Shown here: one piece after another, positions 18,151-26,546 of the stretch | Layout of the letters: each line of letters starts with the position of its first letter | Numbering within the stretch: position 1 is the stretch's first letter | From: Prevotellaceae bacterium | Lineage (GTDB): Bacteria > Bacteroidota > Bacteroidia > Bacteroidales > UBA932 | NCBI GenBank assembly: GCA_031255755.1 | Contig: JAIRRX010000023.1 | Location: forward strand, 1 to 52,641 | Length of the DNA stretch: 52,641 nt | Direction of reading: 5' to 3' | Made by a program: the position numbers and the translations under genes | The notes under the pieces: model-generated | What the model was told of the DNA's origin: nothing | The model's database searches: none | What the model saw: only the letters and a program-made list of their open reading frames with translations

Positions 18151-20094
18151 TTGGTTTCATTAGATAATATAACAGTTTCATTTGGCGGATTTACGCTGAT
18201 TAACAATGTTTCGATAATGATAAATTCGCGCGACCGTATTGGTCTTGTCGGCAAAAACGGCGCAGGAAAATCAACATTATTGAAAATACTCATGCGTTTA
18301 CAAAATCCTTCATCAGGTATTGTTTCATGTCCTGCCGATATAAGCACAGGGTATTTGCCGCAACAAATGCCGCATTATGACCATCTTACCGTTTTTGAAG
18401 AAGTAATGAAAGCCTTCGATATTTTACAAAATATTGAAAAGCAAATATCAAAACTTACAGATGATTTATCGAAATATACTGATTATGATTCGGAAGAATA
18501 TTTAAAAACAATCGAAAAGCTGAACGAAGCTAATGATTTGTATAATATTCACGGAGGCGAAAACCGCGAAGCAAGCATTGAACAAACCTTACTGGGGCTT
18601 GGTTTTAAACGCACCGATTTTTATCGAAATACAAATGAGTTTAGCGGAGGCTGGCGAATGAGAATCGAACTTGCAAAAATACTGTTGCGGCGTCCCGATT
18701 TGATTTTGCTCGATGAACCTACAAATCATCTGGATATTGAATCAATACAGTGGCTCGAAGACTATCTGAAAACCTTTGACGGCGCATTGATGCTGATTTC
18801 ACACGACCGCGCATTTTTGAACAGCGTAACAACACGAACAATAGAAATATCGCTGGGGAAAATTTATGATTACAAAGCGCCTTATTCTCAATTCGTACAG
18901 TTACGCAAGGAAAGACGTGAACAGCAAATTGCCGCATATCAGAATCAGCAGAAACTGATTGAAAACACTCAGGATTTTATAAATAAATTCAGATACAAGC
19001 CTACAAAATCAAATCAGGTGCAGTCAAGAATAAAGCAACTTGAAAAGATTGACATAATCGAGATTGATGAGGAAGACAGATCGGCGCTGCATATAAAGTT
19101 TCCGCCTGCTCCACGTTCCGGTCAGGTGGTGTTTGAAGCAAACGATATAACTAAACGGTTTGGTGATAATACGGTTTTTCAGGATGTAAATCTTAAAATA
19201 GAACGCGGTAACCGTATTGCATTTGTAGGACGTAACGGCGAAGGTAAAACAACAATGGCTCGCATAATTACTGACGAACTGAATTACGAACACGGCGAAG
19301 CCAAACTCGGATACAATGTAAATCTCGGATATTTTGCACAAAATCAGGATACCATAATGGATGACAATGCAACCGTGTTTGAAACTCTCGACAGAATTGC
19401 AGTTGGAGACATTCGCACAAAATTGCGCGACATTCTCGGAGCGTTTTTGTTCAGAGGCGATGATGTCGATAAAAAGGTAAAAGTTCTTTCAGGCGGCGAG
19501 CGCTCGCGGCTTGCGATGGCAAAACTGTTAATAGAACCTTATAATTTTATCGTTCTCGATGAACCTACAAATCACATGGACATGCGCTCGAAAGATATTT
19601 TGAAAGATGCCTTGCTTAAATACGATGGAACGCTTTTGGTAGTGTCGCACGACCGTGAATTTCTTGATGGTTTGGTTGATAAAATTTATGAATTTCGCGA
19701 CAGCAAAGTAAAAGAGTATCTTGGCGGAATTTATTATTTTCTGCAACGCCGAAAAATTGAAAATTTAAACGAAATAGAAAAAAAGAATGACTTGGTTATA
19801 AGTCAAAAAACCAAAGAATCAACAGGCAAAGATGAATATCTGAAAAAAAAGGAAAATGAAAAGATACTGCGAAAAATACAAACAGCAATTATAAAAACGG
19901 AAAAACAAATAGAGGAAACGGAAACAAAAATTGCAGATTTTGATAAAAAACTCGCCAGTCCCGAAATTCATAATATTGACGTCAGCGACAGCAGTATCTT
20001 TGAACAGTATAACTCGTTAAAATCCAAACTTGCCGTACAAATGCACGAATGGGAAAAATTAAATTATGAACTTGACCTGATTACGAACGGTTAA
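18151..20094 (+). CDS. ABC-F family ATPase (two NBDs, no TM domain, C-terminal coiled coil)
   Basis: 647 aa. Walker A GKNGAGKST and GRNGEGKTT, signatures FSGGWRMR and LSGGERSR. TTG start 24 nt after a -7 box. N-terminus VSLDNITVSFGG is typical. Confidence 0.9.
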   Translation: MVSLDNITVSFGGFTLINNVSIMINSRDRIGLVGKNGAGKSTLLKILMRLQNPSSGIVSCPADISTGYLPQQMPHYDHLTVFEEVMKAFDILQNIEKQISKLTDDLSKYTDYDSEEYLKTIEKLNEANDLYNIHGGENREASIEQTLLGLGFKRTDFYRNTNEFSGGWRMRIELAKILLRRPDLILLDEPTNHLDIESIQWLEDYLKTFDGALMLISHDRAFLNSVTTRTIEISLGKIYDYKAPYSQFVQLRKERREQQIAAYQNQQKLIENTQDFINKFRYKPTKSNQVQSRIKQLEKIDIIEIDEEDRSALHIKFPPAPRSGQVVFEANDITKRFGDNTVFQDVNLKIERGNRIAFVGRNGEGKTTMARIITDELNYEHGEAKLGYNVNLGYFAQNQDTIMDDNATVFETLDRIAVGDIRTKLRDILGAFLFRGDDVDKKVKVLSGGERSRLAMAKLLIEPYNFIVLDEPTNHMDMRSKDILKDALLKYDGTLLVVSHDREFLDGLVDKIYEFRDSKVKEYLGGIYYFLQRRKIENLNEIEKKNDLVISQKTKESTGKDEYLKKKENEKILRKIQTAIIKTEKQIEETETKIADFDKKLASPEIHNIDVSDSSIFEQYNSLKSKLAVQMHEWEKLNYELDLITNG

Positions 20095-20142
20095 AATAAA
20101 ATTTTTAAAACATACAATATTTACAAACATTATAAACTCGTT

Positions 20143-20898
20143 ATGAATAATATGATTTTTGGCATTCGCCCTGTGATTGAGGCGATTGAAGCACACAAAA
20201 AAATTGACAAAGTATATTTGAGGCAGGGCGCCGAGAGCGAACTTTTTCACGAACTAATAAACTTGATAAAAAGACACAACATCTCGATACAATGGGTTAC
20301 AATAGACCTGTTAAACAGATTTACGCCAAACAATCATCAGGGAGTTGTTGCAACTTGTTCTATGATTGAACCCTGTAATTTTGAAAGCATAATGGAAAAT
20401 ATAATACGGGATGAAAAAAATCCTCTTGTCATAATTCTTGATGGAGTAACTGATGTACGCAATTTCGGAGCGATAGCGCGTTCGGCTGAATGTGCCGGAG
20501 CAAAAGCCGTGATTATGCCTGCAAAAGGCGCTGCGCCTGTCAATGCGGATGCCATTAAAACTTCTTGCGGAGCGTTGAATATTATTCCTGTATGCAAAGT
20601 TCCGAATTTGAAAACCGCTATTTTCTATTTAAAATCATCAGGCTTTCAAATAATAGCAACAAACGAAAGAGCAGAAAAATTATATTATGATGTCAATTAT
20701 ATCAAAGCAACTGCAATAGTTATGGGAGCGGAAGATACTGGAATTTCCAAAACAAATCTTAGTCTTTGCGATGAACAGGTAAAAATTCCTATATGCGGAA
20801 AAATAAACTCGCTGAACGTATCGGTAGCCGCAGGAATTTTGATGTTTGAAGCAGTGCGGCAGAAAAATTACGAAAACACATTAAATATTAGTAAGTAA
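20143..20898 (+). CDS. rlmB: TrmH/SpoU-family 23S rRNA 2'-O-methyltransferase (RlmB-like)
   Basis: 251 aa. N-terminal substrate-binding segment (IFGIRPVIEAI) and SpoU methylase motifs (DGVTDVRNFGAI, SLNVSVAAGI). Confidence 0.85.
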   Translation: MNNMIFGIRPVIEAIEAHKKIDKVYLRQGAESELFHELINLIKRHNISIQWVTIDLLNRFTPNNHQGVVATCSMIEPCNFESIMENIIRDEKNPLVIILDGVTDVRNFGAIARSAECAGAKAVIMPAKGAAPVNADAIKTSCGALNIIPVCKVPNLKTAIFYLKSSGFQIIATNERAEKLYYDVNYIKATAIVMGAEDTGISKTNLSLCDEQVKIPICGKINSLNVSVAAGILMFEAVRQKNYENTLNISK

Positions 20899-20943
20899 AA
20901 CCGATATTTTATAAAGATTATCTGTTGATAAAAATTTTTTCAT

Positions 20944-20951
20944 TACATTTG
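20944..20951 (+). promoter_or_regulatory. -7 promoter box TAcaTTTG for ssrA
   Basis: Ends 11 nt before the mature tmRNA 5' GGGG at 20963. Confidence 0.55.
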
Positions 20952-20962
20952 CGGCATATTTC

Positions 20963-21364
20963 GGGGATGTTTTGGTTTTGACAGCAATTGATTCCGGAAT
21001 GTAAGCACGTCGAGCGCTGAGATGGCGGCTCGTTAATCCCGACACTCAAGCCTTAAACGGCAACGAAAATTTTGCACTCGCTGCGTGATTTACAAGGTAA
21101 ATCTGCTTAATTTCGACACACAAGGTGAGCCGAAACGAGAATCCCGTCAGGCAGTTCCGCCTCTTAATTGCATGATATATGGGGTTTCATTTATTTGAGG
21201 ATAGTTTGTTCGATTCCTTTAAGAGCAAATGAAATTTTAAAGGATAAGGAATAAATTTGATTGTTTTCTATCTGATTTATTCACGAAAAAACAAAGAAAA
21301 CTAAACGTGTAGAAAGCATTTGGGTGCGTTGTTTGGACGCGAGTTCGACTCTCGCCATCTCCAC
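20963..21364 (+). ncRNA. ssrA: tmRNA (ssrA)
   Basis: 5' GGGGATG pairs with 3' CATCTCC, including a G3:U pair. Bacteroides-like blocks TGGTTTTGACAGC, GGATAAGG, GTAGAAAGC and the T-arm GGACGCGAGTTCGACTCTCGCC. Tag reading frame 21059-21088 GGC AAC GAA AAT TTT GCA CTC GCT GCG TGA gives GNENFALAA. The terminal CCA is not fully encoded. Confidence 0.93.
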
Positions 21365-21372
21365 TTTTCAAT

Positions 21373-21410
21373 AAGGATATTCTTTTCTCCGATAAGAACA
21401 TCCTTTTTTT
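21373..21410 (+). terminator. Intrinsic terminator of ssrA
   Basis: AAGGATATTCTT (21373-21384) pairs with AAGAACATCCTT (21394-21405) at 11 of 12 positions, followed by a T run to 21410. Confidence 0.6.
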
Positions 21411-21461
21411 AGTTATTAATATTCTCTTTTAAAAAATTTACTTCAACTGCAAAGCAACAAG

Positions 21462-21484
21462 ATAACGTCATTTCGAGTAACGTT
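21462..21484 (+). repeat. Degenerate unit 1 of the CGTCATTGCGA hairpin-repeat family
   Basis: ATAACGTCATTTCGAGTAACGTT. AACGT/ACGTT can form a small stem. Shares ATAACGTCATT with unit 2. Confidence 0.5.
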
Positions 21485-21608
21485 GCAACCACATAACGTC
21501 ATTGCGAACCGCGAAGCGGTGAAGCAATCCAGTAATAATAATAAGTGTTATGGATTGGATAAGTCAAAGTTGAAAAACTGGATTGCTTCGCTAACGCTCG
21601 CAATGACG
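21485..21608. repeat. Composite inverted pair of hairpin-repeat units (REP/MITE-like)
   Basis: CGTCATTGCGA (21497-21507) is complementary to TCGCAATGACG (21598-21608). GAAGCAATCCAG (21521-21532) is complementary to CTGGATTGCTTC (21578-21589). A 45-nt AT-rich centre separates them. An inner mini-hairpin ACCGC-GAA-GCGGT is also present. Confidence 0.75.
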
Positions 21609-21675
21609 ACTACATTATAAATTATTCCCCGAAAGGGCTAATAAATTTTACTTTGTAAGTAAACAAAGGTTAAGG

Positions 21676-22776
21676 TTATTTGCTTTTTTTATAACTTAAT
21701 ACTGCCCAGCCGTTAAATATTAAAGCAAATCCACACAGTGCAAATAACTGTGGCAACAGCTCGTGCATGCCGCTGCCTTTGAGATAAATCGCACGCATCA
21801 CTTCCATAAGATATTTCAGCGGATTGATGGTTGTGATTGTCTGCGCCCATTGCGGCATACTGCTTATCGGCGTAAACAGTCCGCTCAGTAAAATAACCGT
21901 CATCATAAAAAAGAACATTACAAACATCGCCTGCTGCATTGTGCTTGAATAATTGGAAATGACTATGCCCAATCCGGATACGACAAGTATGTAGATTATG
22001 GCGTAAATATATATCGCGGCAAGGCTTCCCGCAGGCTTCAAACCATAAACCAGCGCAGCAATCCCCATGCAAATGGAAAGTATAACAAAACCGATAATCC
22101 AGTAAGGAATAAGTTTTGAAATGATAAAAATTCCTTTGTTTACCGGTGTTACGTTCATCTGTTCGGTTGTACCCGACTCTTTTTCAGCCACAATATTAAA
22201 CGCAGGCAAGAAACCAGTAAACAGCGTGAGCAACATTACAAACAGCGCAGGAATTATAAATGCTTTATAATTAAGATGCGGATTAAATCTGAATTGAGAA
22301 CGAATTATGGACGATTGATAATGATTGCCGCGCTCGGCGGATAATTCATCGGCAAAATCGTTGATAATGCTTGACAGATATGCGCTTCCCAAACCGCCTT
22401 TCAATCCGTTCACCGCATTGGCAGATATCATTACGGATACAATTTCGGATTTGAAGAGACTGTTTTCAAAATCAAACGGAATTTCTATGATAATGTCAGA
22501 TTTACCTGCATCAACACTTTGCATAGCATTATGAAAAGAAGCAGAAAAATCAGTCAGGCGAAAATATCCGGAAGCGGTGATTTTATTTGCCAGCCGTTTG
22601 GACAGAGCGCTGTGGTCGCTGTCTATCACGCTTATCTTTAAATTTTTTATTTCCTGATTTGCAGCCCACGGCAATACCATCATTATTATTATCGGCATTG
22701 CAAGTATCAGTTTCGGAATAAATGGATTCCTGAAAATCTGCTTAAATTCTTTTTCCAATAAAAATTTCAACATCAT
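21676..22776 (-). CDS. ABC-2 type transporter permease (YbhR/YbhS-like)
   Basis: 366 aa. N-terminal EFKQIFRNPF, a large extracytoplasmic loop, then 5 C-terminal TM helices. Confidence 0.8.
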   Translation of the reverse strand: MMLKFLLEKEFKQIFRNPFIPKLILAMPIIIMMVLPWAANQEIKNLKISVIDSDHSALSKRLANKITASGYFRLTDFSASFHNAMQSVDAGKSDIIIEIPFDFENSLFKSEIVSVMISANAVNGLKGGLGSAYLSSIINDFADELSAERGNHYQSSIIRSQFRFNPHLNYKAFIIPALFVMLLTLFTGFLPAFNIVAEKESGTTEQMNVTPVNKGIFIISKLIPYWIIGFVILSICMGIAALVYGLKPAGSLAAIYIYAIIYILVVSGLGIVISNYSSTMQQAMFVMFFFMMTVILLSGLFTPISSMPQWAQTITTINPLKYLMEVMRAIYLKGSGMHELLPQLFALCGFALIFNGWAVLSYKKSK

Positions 22777-22778
22777 AA

Positions 22779-23903
22779 TTACCTGTTTATTCTAATATTA
22801 AACTTTTTCAAACTGACTGTCAGCAAAACGATAGCCATGAACGACAGTATTATAAATTCCTTTATGACATATTTTGCTTCAACGCCCTGTATCATAAGTT
22901 TTGCTACGCCTTCGATATACCAGCGGTTTGGCGGAACAGCCGAAATCCACTGCAAAATATCAGGCATGCTTTCAATTGGAAATATCATGCCGGAAAGCAG
23001 CATCGTTGGCATCATCATCACTACTACCGATATAAGCATCGCCGCTACCTGTGTTTTTACAAGGGTTGATATAAACAATCCCAGCGACAGCCCGACAAGT
23101 ATAAATATCAGCGACAGTAAAATCAAAATGAAAAGATTACCCGCCACAGGCAAGCCAATTACAAATATCGATAACAGCAGAATAGTTGTAAGATTGATAA
23201 TTGACAGCACAAAATAAGGCGTTATTTTTGCCATGATAATATAAAGCGGTTTTACAGGAGAAACAAGCAGTATTTCCATTGTTCCCAACTCTTTTTCACG
23301 TACAATGGAAACGGAAGTCATCATTGCACAAATTAGCAACAGCACAAGCCCCATCACTCCCGGCACAAAATTATACGCTCCTTTCATTTGCGGGTTATGA
23401 AGCATTTTTATTTCGGGAACAATTCCGAATTGAACATTATTTTGACTTTGCGTTACCAACGCTGCATTTTCCATTTCCCATGCATTTATGATGTTTGAGA
23501 CGTAATTGACAAAAGTACTCGCCTGATTGGGATCAGTGGCATCGGCAATGATTTGAACGGTGGCTTCACCTGTGTGCATAAAGTTATTCAGGAATTTTTC
23601 ACTGAAAACAATAATTAATTTTACGGCGCCTGTATGAAACGCTTTTTCTATGTCATCAAGACTGTGCAGTTCGCTTACAAGCGTAAAATAGTCGTTTGCA
23701 GCAATCCGTTCGGTAATTTGCCTCGTAGCATCGTCTTTCGATGGGTCGAATACTGCTATCGGCGTATTTTTTACTTCCGTGCTAATCGCAAAGCCGAACA
23801 AAATAATCTGAATTGCAGGCATTACTAATAAAATCAAAATAGTACGCCTGTCGCGCAAAATGTGATAAAACTCCTTTTTAACGAAAGATAGAAACTGTTT
23901 CAT
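22779..23903 (-). CDS. ABC-2 type transporter permease (YbhS/YbhR-like)
   Basis: Same architecture as its neighbour (KKEFYHILRDRRT). Start set to the ATG at 23903, one nt after the upstream ATPase stop, instead of 23969. Confidence 0.8.
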   Translation of the reverse strand: MKQFLSFVKKEFYHILRDRRTILILLVMPAIQIILFGFAISTEVKNTPIAVFDPSKDDATRQITERIAANDYFTLVSELHSLDDIEKAFHTGAVKLIIVFSEKFLNNFMHTGEATVQIIADATDPNQASTFVNYVSNIINAWEMENAALVTQSQNNVQFGIVPEIKMLHNPQMKGAYNFVPGVMGLVLLLICAMMTSVSIVREKELGTMEILLVSPVKPLYIIMAKITPYFVLSIINLTTILLLSIFVIGLPVAGNLFILILLSLIFILVGLSLGLFISTLVKTQVAAMLISVVVMMMPTMLLSGMIFPIESMPDILQWISAVPPNRWYIEGVAKLMIQGVEAKYVIKEFIILSFMAIVLLTVSLKKFNIRINR

Positions 23904-23904
23904 T

Positions 23905-24645
23905 TTAATTATTAATTCTTGTTGCTTTACGCGCCAACTGTTGAAAAACATCGTCCATATTTGCCGCATTAAAAGCCGCTTTCAAGTTTTTTGGCGTGTC
24001 AAGAACTTCAATCTTTCCATCCACCATGATAGAAACGCGGTTGCAATATTCGGCTTCGTCCATATAGTGTGTAGTTACGAAAACGGTTATTCCGCGCTGT
24101 ACCGCACGATAAATCAATTCCCAAAACCGACGGCGGGTAACAGGGTCAACGCCTCCTGTCGGTTCGTCAAGGAAAACGATTTTCGGTTCATGAAAGATTG
24201 AAACAGAAAAGGCAAGTTTCTGTTTCCAGCCCAGCGGCAGCAATTTTGCAAGTGTATTACGTTCTTTTTCAAAACCAAGTTCCTGCAAAATTTGAGCGGT
24301 TTTATCTTCAATTTCTTTTTTTTTCATGCCGTAAATTCCGCCGAAAAGGCGCAAGTTTTCCCATACTTTCAAATCATCGTAAAGTGCAAATTTTTGACTC
24401 ATGTAGCCAATGTTTTTTTTAATATCTTCCTGTTGACTGGCAATGTCAAATCCCGCTACCATTCCACTGCCCGAAGTGGGACGGCTTAATCCGCACAACA
24501 TGCGCATTGCAGTGGTTTTTCCTGCTCCGTTTGCTCCGAGAAAACCGAAAATTTCACCTTTTTCTACTTCAAATTCAATAGAATCTACGGCAATGAAATT
24601 TCCGAATTTTTTGGTCAATTTATTTGTTGATATTACTTTTTCCAT
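23905..24645 (-). CDS. ABC transporter ATP-binding protein (second NBD of the pair)
   Basis: Walker A GANGAGKTT, Walker B VFLDEPTGGVDP, unusual signature LPLGWKQK. Start at the ATG at 24645, overlapping the upstream stop by 1 nt. Confidence 0.9.
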   Translation of the reverse strand: MEKVISTNKLTKKFGNFIAVDSIEFEVEKGEIFGFLGANGAGKTTAMRMLCGLSRPTSGSGMVAGFDIASQQEDIKKNIGYMSQKFALYDDLKVWENLRLFGGIYGMKKKEIEDKTAQILQELGFEKERNTLAKLLPLGWKQKLAFSVSIFHEPKIVFLDEPTGGVDPVTRRRFWELIYRAVQRGITVFVTTHYMDEAEYCNRVSIMVDGKIEVLDTPKNLKAAFNAANMDDVFQQLARKATRINN

Positions 24646-25532
24646 TAGTTTGATTCCTCCATCAATATCATGAAACAATCTTCGACTGTCGGTGAAATTT
24701 CTTTGAATTGAATATTATTTTTTTCGTTTTGTATTTCCGATTTACTATTAAAAATAACGTGCAGCGTATCGCCGAAACTGAATACGGAACGTACGGCAGA
24801 ATTACGCCGTAACTGTTTTAATATTTCGTAACTGTTATTCGATTCTACTGAGTAAATCTTATGCGGAAAATCAGCAATAATTTTCTGCGGCATATTGACT
24901 GTAAGGATTTTTCCGCGCTGGATAAACGCTATACGGTCGCACATTGATACTTCATCCATGTAAGGAGTAGAAACGAGTATAGCAATGCCCTGCTGTTTAA
25001 GTTTTTTCAACATTCCCCAAAATTCCTTGCGGCTGACAGGGTCAACTCCAGTAGTTGGCTCGTCAAGAAACAGTACGGAAGGTTTATGAATGAGAGCGCA
25101 ACTCAATGCAAGTTTCTGCTTCATTCCACCTGACAGTTGTCCGGCTCTGCGATTTTTGAACGGCTCAATTTGTCTGTAAATATCTTCTATCAGGTAATAA
25201 TTTTCTTTGACGGAAGTATTGAAAACACTTGCAAAAAAGTTTAGATTTTCTTCAACCGTCAAATCCTGATAAAGCGAAAAACGTTCAGGCATATATCCCA
25301 CATGCTTGCGGATTTGTTTGTAATCGCACACCACATCAAACCCTTCGACCATTGCCGAGCCGCTGTCGGCAAGCAAAAGCGTAGTAAGGATACGGAACAA
25401 ACTTGTTTTTCCTGCACCGTCAGCGCCAATCAAACCAAATATTTCACCACGCTCGACTTCAAAGGAAATTTCTTTCAAAATTGCGAGTTTACCGTAATTC
25501 AAACAAATATTATTTACCTGTATTGCCTTCAT
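24645..25532 (-). CDS. ABC transporter ATP-binding protein (first NBD of the pair)
   Basis: 295 aa. Walker A GADGAGKTS, signature LSGGMKQK, Walker B LFLDEPTTGVDP. Confidence 0.9.
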   Translation of the reverse strand: MKAIQVNNICLNYGKLAILKEISFEVERGEIFGLIGADGAGKTSLFRILTTLLLADSGSAMVEGFDVVCDYKQIRKHVGYMPERFSLYQDLTVEENLNFFASVFNTSVKENYYLIEDIYRQIEPFKNRRAGQLSGGMKQKLALSCALIHKPSVLFLDEPTTGVDPVSRKEFWGMLKKLKQQGIAILVSTPYMDEVSMCDRIAFIQRGKILTVNMPQKIIADFPHKIYSVESNNSYEILKQLRRNSAVRSVFSFGDTLHVIFNSKSEIQNEKNNIQFKEISPTVEDCFMILMEESN

Positions 25533-25572
25533 TGTAACTGTATTCAGTAAAAATTAATCAACCAAAACGTTA

Positions 25573-26541
25573 TTATTCGGCTATCTTAATTTTTAATTCC
25601 CCATACATTCCTTTTTTGATATATCCGTCATTTTGTACAGAAATTTTAACAGCATAAACAAGATTTGCGCGTTCATCGCGAGTTTGAATGGTTTTGGGCG
25701 TAAATTCCGCCTTATCCGAAATCCACGAAACAATACCTTGATATTCTCTGCGTTCGGATTTTCCCATATCTGAAAAAACTTTTACCTGCTGACCGATTGT
25801 GAGTTCTGTAATCTGATTTGCCGTAATATACGCCCGCATGAACATACTGTTCAAATTAGCAATTTTGAAAAATGCTTTACCTTGAACCGCCAATTCGCCT
25901 GCTTCGGCATATTTTCTCAAAACAGTACCTTTTGCAGGACTTTTGATAATTGAATTTTTAATCTGTTCGTCAATCTGAGCAATTTGAGCCATAAGCGATT
26001 GCTGCTCGCTTGCAATGCTACTGTTATTTTTTGTCAGCGTTTCCGTTTGAGCGGCAAGTTGTTTTTCAAGTGTAGCAAGTTGAGCAGTAATATCGTCCAG
26101 TTGCTTTTGATTGGCGACATTGTCTTTTACTAATTGCGTGAAGCGTTGCTGTTCACGGCGTGCGGCAGTTATCTGTTCCTGCAAAACTGCAATCTGCGTA
26201 GAAACATTAACCTGTCGACTGTTCATTGCCGCAATGTTTGCCTGCAACTGCACTTTTCGCCAATAAAGTTGTACAGTATCAATCAAACCCACTATTTGTT
26301 GCGCTTCAACCTCCTGCCCTTCGATTATATCTAATCGCAGAATTTCGCCGTTGCCGTTTGCAGATACAATAATTTCTGTGGTTTCAAAAACTCCGCTTGC
26401 ATCATAATCTGCGTTGGAATTGCGACAGGCAGAAAACAGGAAAAACAACAAAAAAATAGAAAATTTCTTTATTCCAAATTCGAGATTGTTTTTTCTGATT
26501 TTAGAATTTGTTATTTTTGTAAAATAGGATATATTATTCAT
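25573..26541 (-). CDS. HlyD-family membrane fusion protein (YbhG-like), probable lipoprotein
   Basis: 322 aa. Lipobox-like FSAC, a long coiled coil (QLATLEKQLAAQTETL) and a beta-barrel C-terminus. Confidence 0.8.
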   Translation of the reverse strand: MNNISYFTKITNSKIRKNNLEFGIKKFSIFLLFFLFSACRNSNADYDASGVFETTEIIVSANGNGEILRLDIIEGQEVEAQQIVGLIDTVQLYWRKVQLQANIAAMNSRQVNVSTQIAVLQEQITAARREQQRFTQLVKDNVANQKQLDDITAQLATLEKQLAAQTETLTKNNSSIASEQQSLMAQIAQIDEQIKNSIIKSPAKGTVLRKYAEAGELAVQGKAFFKIANLNSMFMRAYITANQITELTIGQQVKVFSDMGKSERREYQGIVSWISDKAEFTPKTIQTRDERANLVYAVKISVQNDGYIKKGMYGELKIKIAE

Positions 26542-26546
26542 AATTT

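Noticed and set aside
21461-21609. CRISPR-like appearance of the repeated GC-rich units
   Set aside because: There are only three units, in mixed orientation, with unequal length and spacing, and no cas genes in the window. They fit a palindromic extragenic repeat rather than a CRISPR array.
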